From Okamejei kenojei (Eukaryota), in NCBI GenBank assembly GCA_035221665.1, contig CM069134.1:19406001-19470000 (forward strand): a stretch of 64,000 nucleotides of DNA. Reading direction: 5' to 3'. Below, piece by piece: positions 63,246 through 64,000 of this stretch. The notes below the pieces were generated by a model that searched no databases, was not told the origin of the DNA, and saw nothing but the letters and a program-made list of their open reading frames with translations. Position 1 is the stretch's first letter; every line of letters begins with the position of its first letter. The position numbers and the translations under genes are program-made.

Positions 63246-64000
63246 TCATTATATTTCTAGATCATTTAAAAGAATGCTCAAAATCTGGTAAGTAAACCTT
63301 TAAAAATGGGAACAAGTTTTATAGTGAAGAATTTATGCACCCAATGACAAAAATTAACTTGTCCCAAAAGTTGGCTTCAGAAATAAATATTTACTTCAAA
63401 ACCGTCCTTTAATTAATTTATGTTATACTTCATGCTTAACCAAAATAAAATCATTTGGCAAAAGCACCTTGTAATCCTATTAAATACCTGTTTTGTAAAT
63501 AAATGTTCCTTTTAAACATTTGCGTCAGCATCTATTATCTTCTGTCTGATTCCTTTTGAACAGTAGTTAAGAGTTACAACTGTGTCAAAAAAAATGGATT
63601 ACATACATAAAGGAATTGATCTGACATTCGCAAAGGCTTCAAAATATAGGACTGTGAGGAATGATCATGAAACATTAAGTAAATAGAGGAGCTCCTCCAC
63701 AGAAATATCATTAGATTACTGCTTAAGTTGCAAAGTGTACAAGCTTCAAATTTGACCATTGATTCCTTAATGTTTTAATAAAGGTTCAGAAATATTTGTG
63801 CCATTAAATTCAATAACAAATTTTAATTTTGTTTGTAGAAAAGATGGTATGAGCGATTTTCATACCTGCACCCACATAAACACAGGCCATAAGCAGGTGT
63901 GAAATCAATCTGCCCCCACACCACTCCATATTCCTTGTTTACAATCTTTACAATGCACTGGTATTTTAGTTTACTTTAATTTAGAGATGCAGCTTGGAAA

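Overview
Vertebrate genomic DNA, most likely a cartilaginous fish (skate/ray-type repeats: HE1/V-SINE-like SINEs, CR1, Rex1/Babar, Penelope; taxon is inferred, not proven). The only protein-coding gene I can support is gata6 on the minus strand. Five coding exons have clean GT-AG boundaries and matching phases: 38100-37251, 28318-28152 (zinc finger 1), 21451-21326 (zinc finger 2), 20824-20737 and 20641-20520. The last coding exon near 18360-18600 has an unresolved frame/acceptor anomaly. There is a ~1.4 kb 3'UTR, a candidate non-coding exon near 38730-38875, and an upstream promoter near 39.6-39.7 kb beside a dense array of GATA sites. Most other ORFs in the track are transposon relics or noise. 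The most striking non-genic signal is a family of roughly 28 short Penelope-derived terminal-repeat elements carrying a minimal hammerhead-ribozyme core (CUGAAGA-stemII-GAAAC-GUC/GUU). Many are fold-back palindromes, several have intact cores in the sense orientation inside gata6 intron sequence, and one site shows repeated insertion at the same target. Other points of interest: a ~20 kb CpG-retaining domain, candidate enhancers, a Helitron-like element just past the poly(A) signal, a VNTR-bearing composite retroposon, and a recent 199-bp local duplication. Repeat coordinates are approximate and read by eye; no searches were run.
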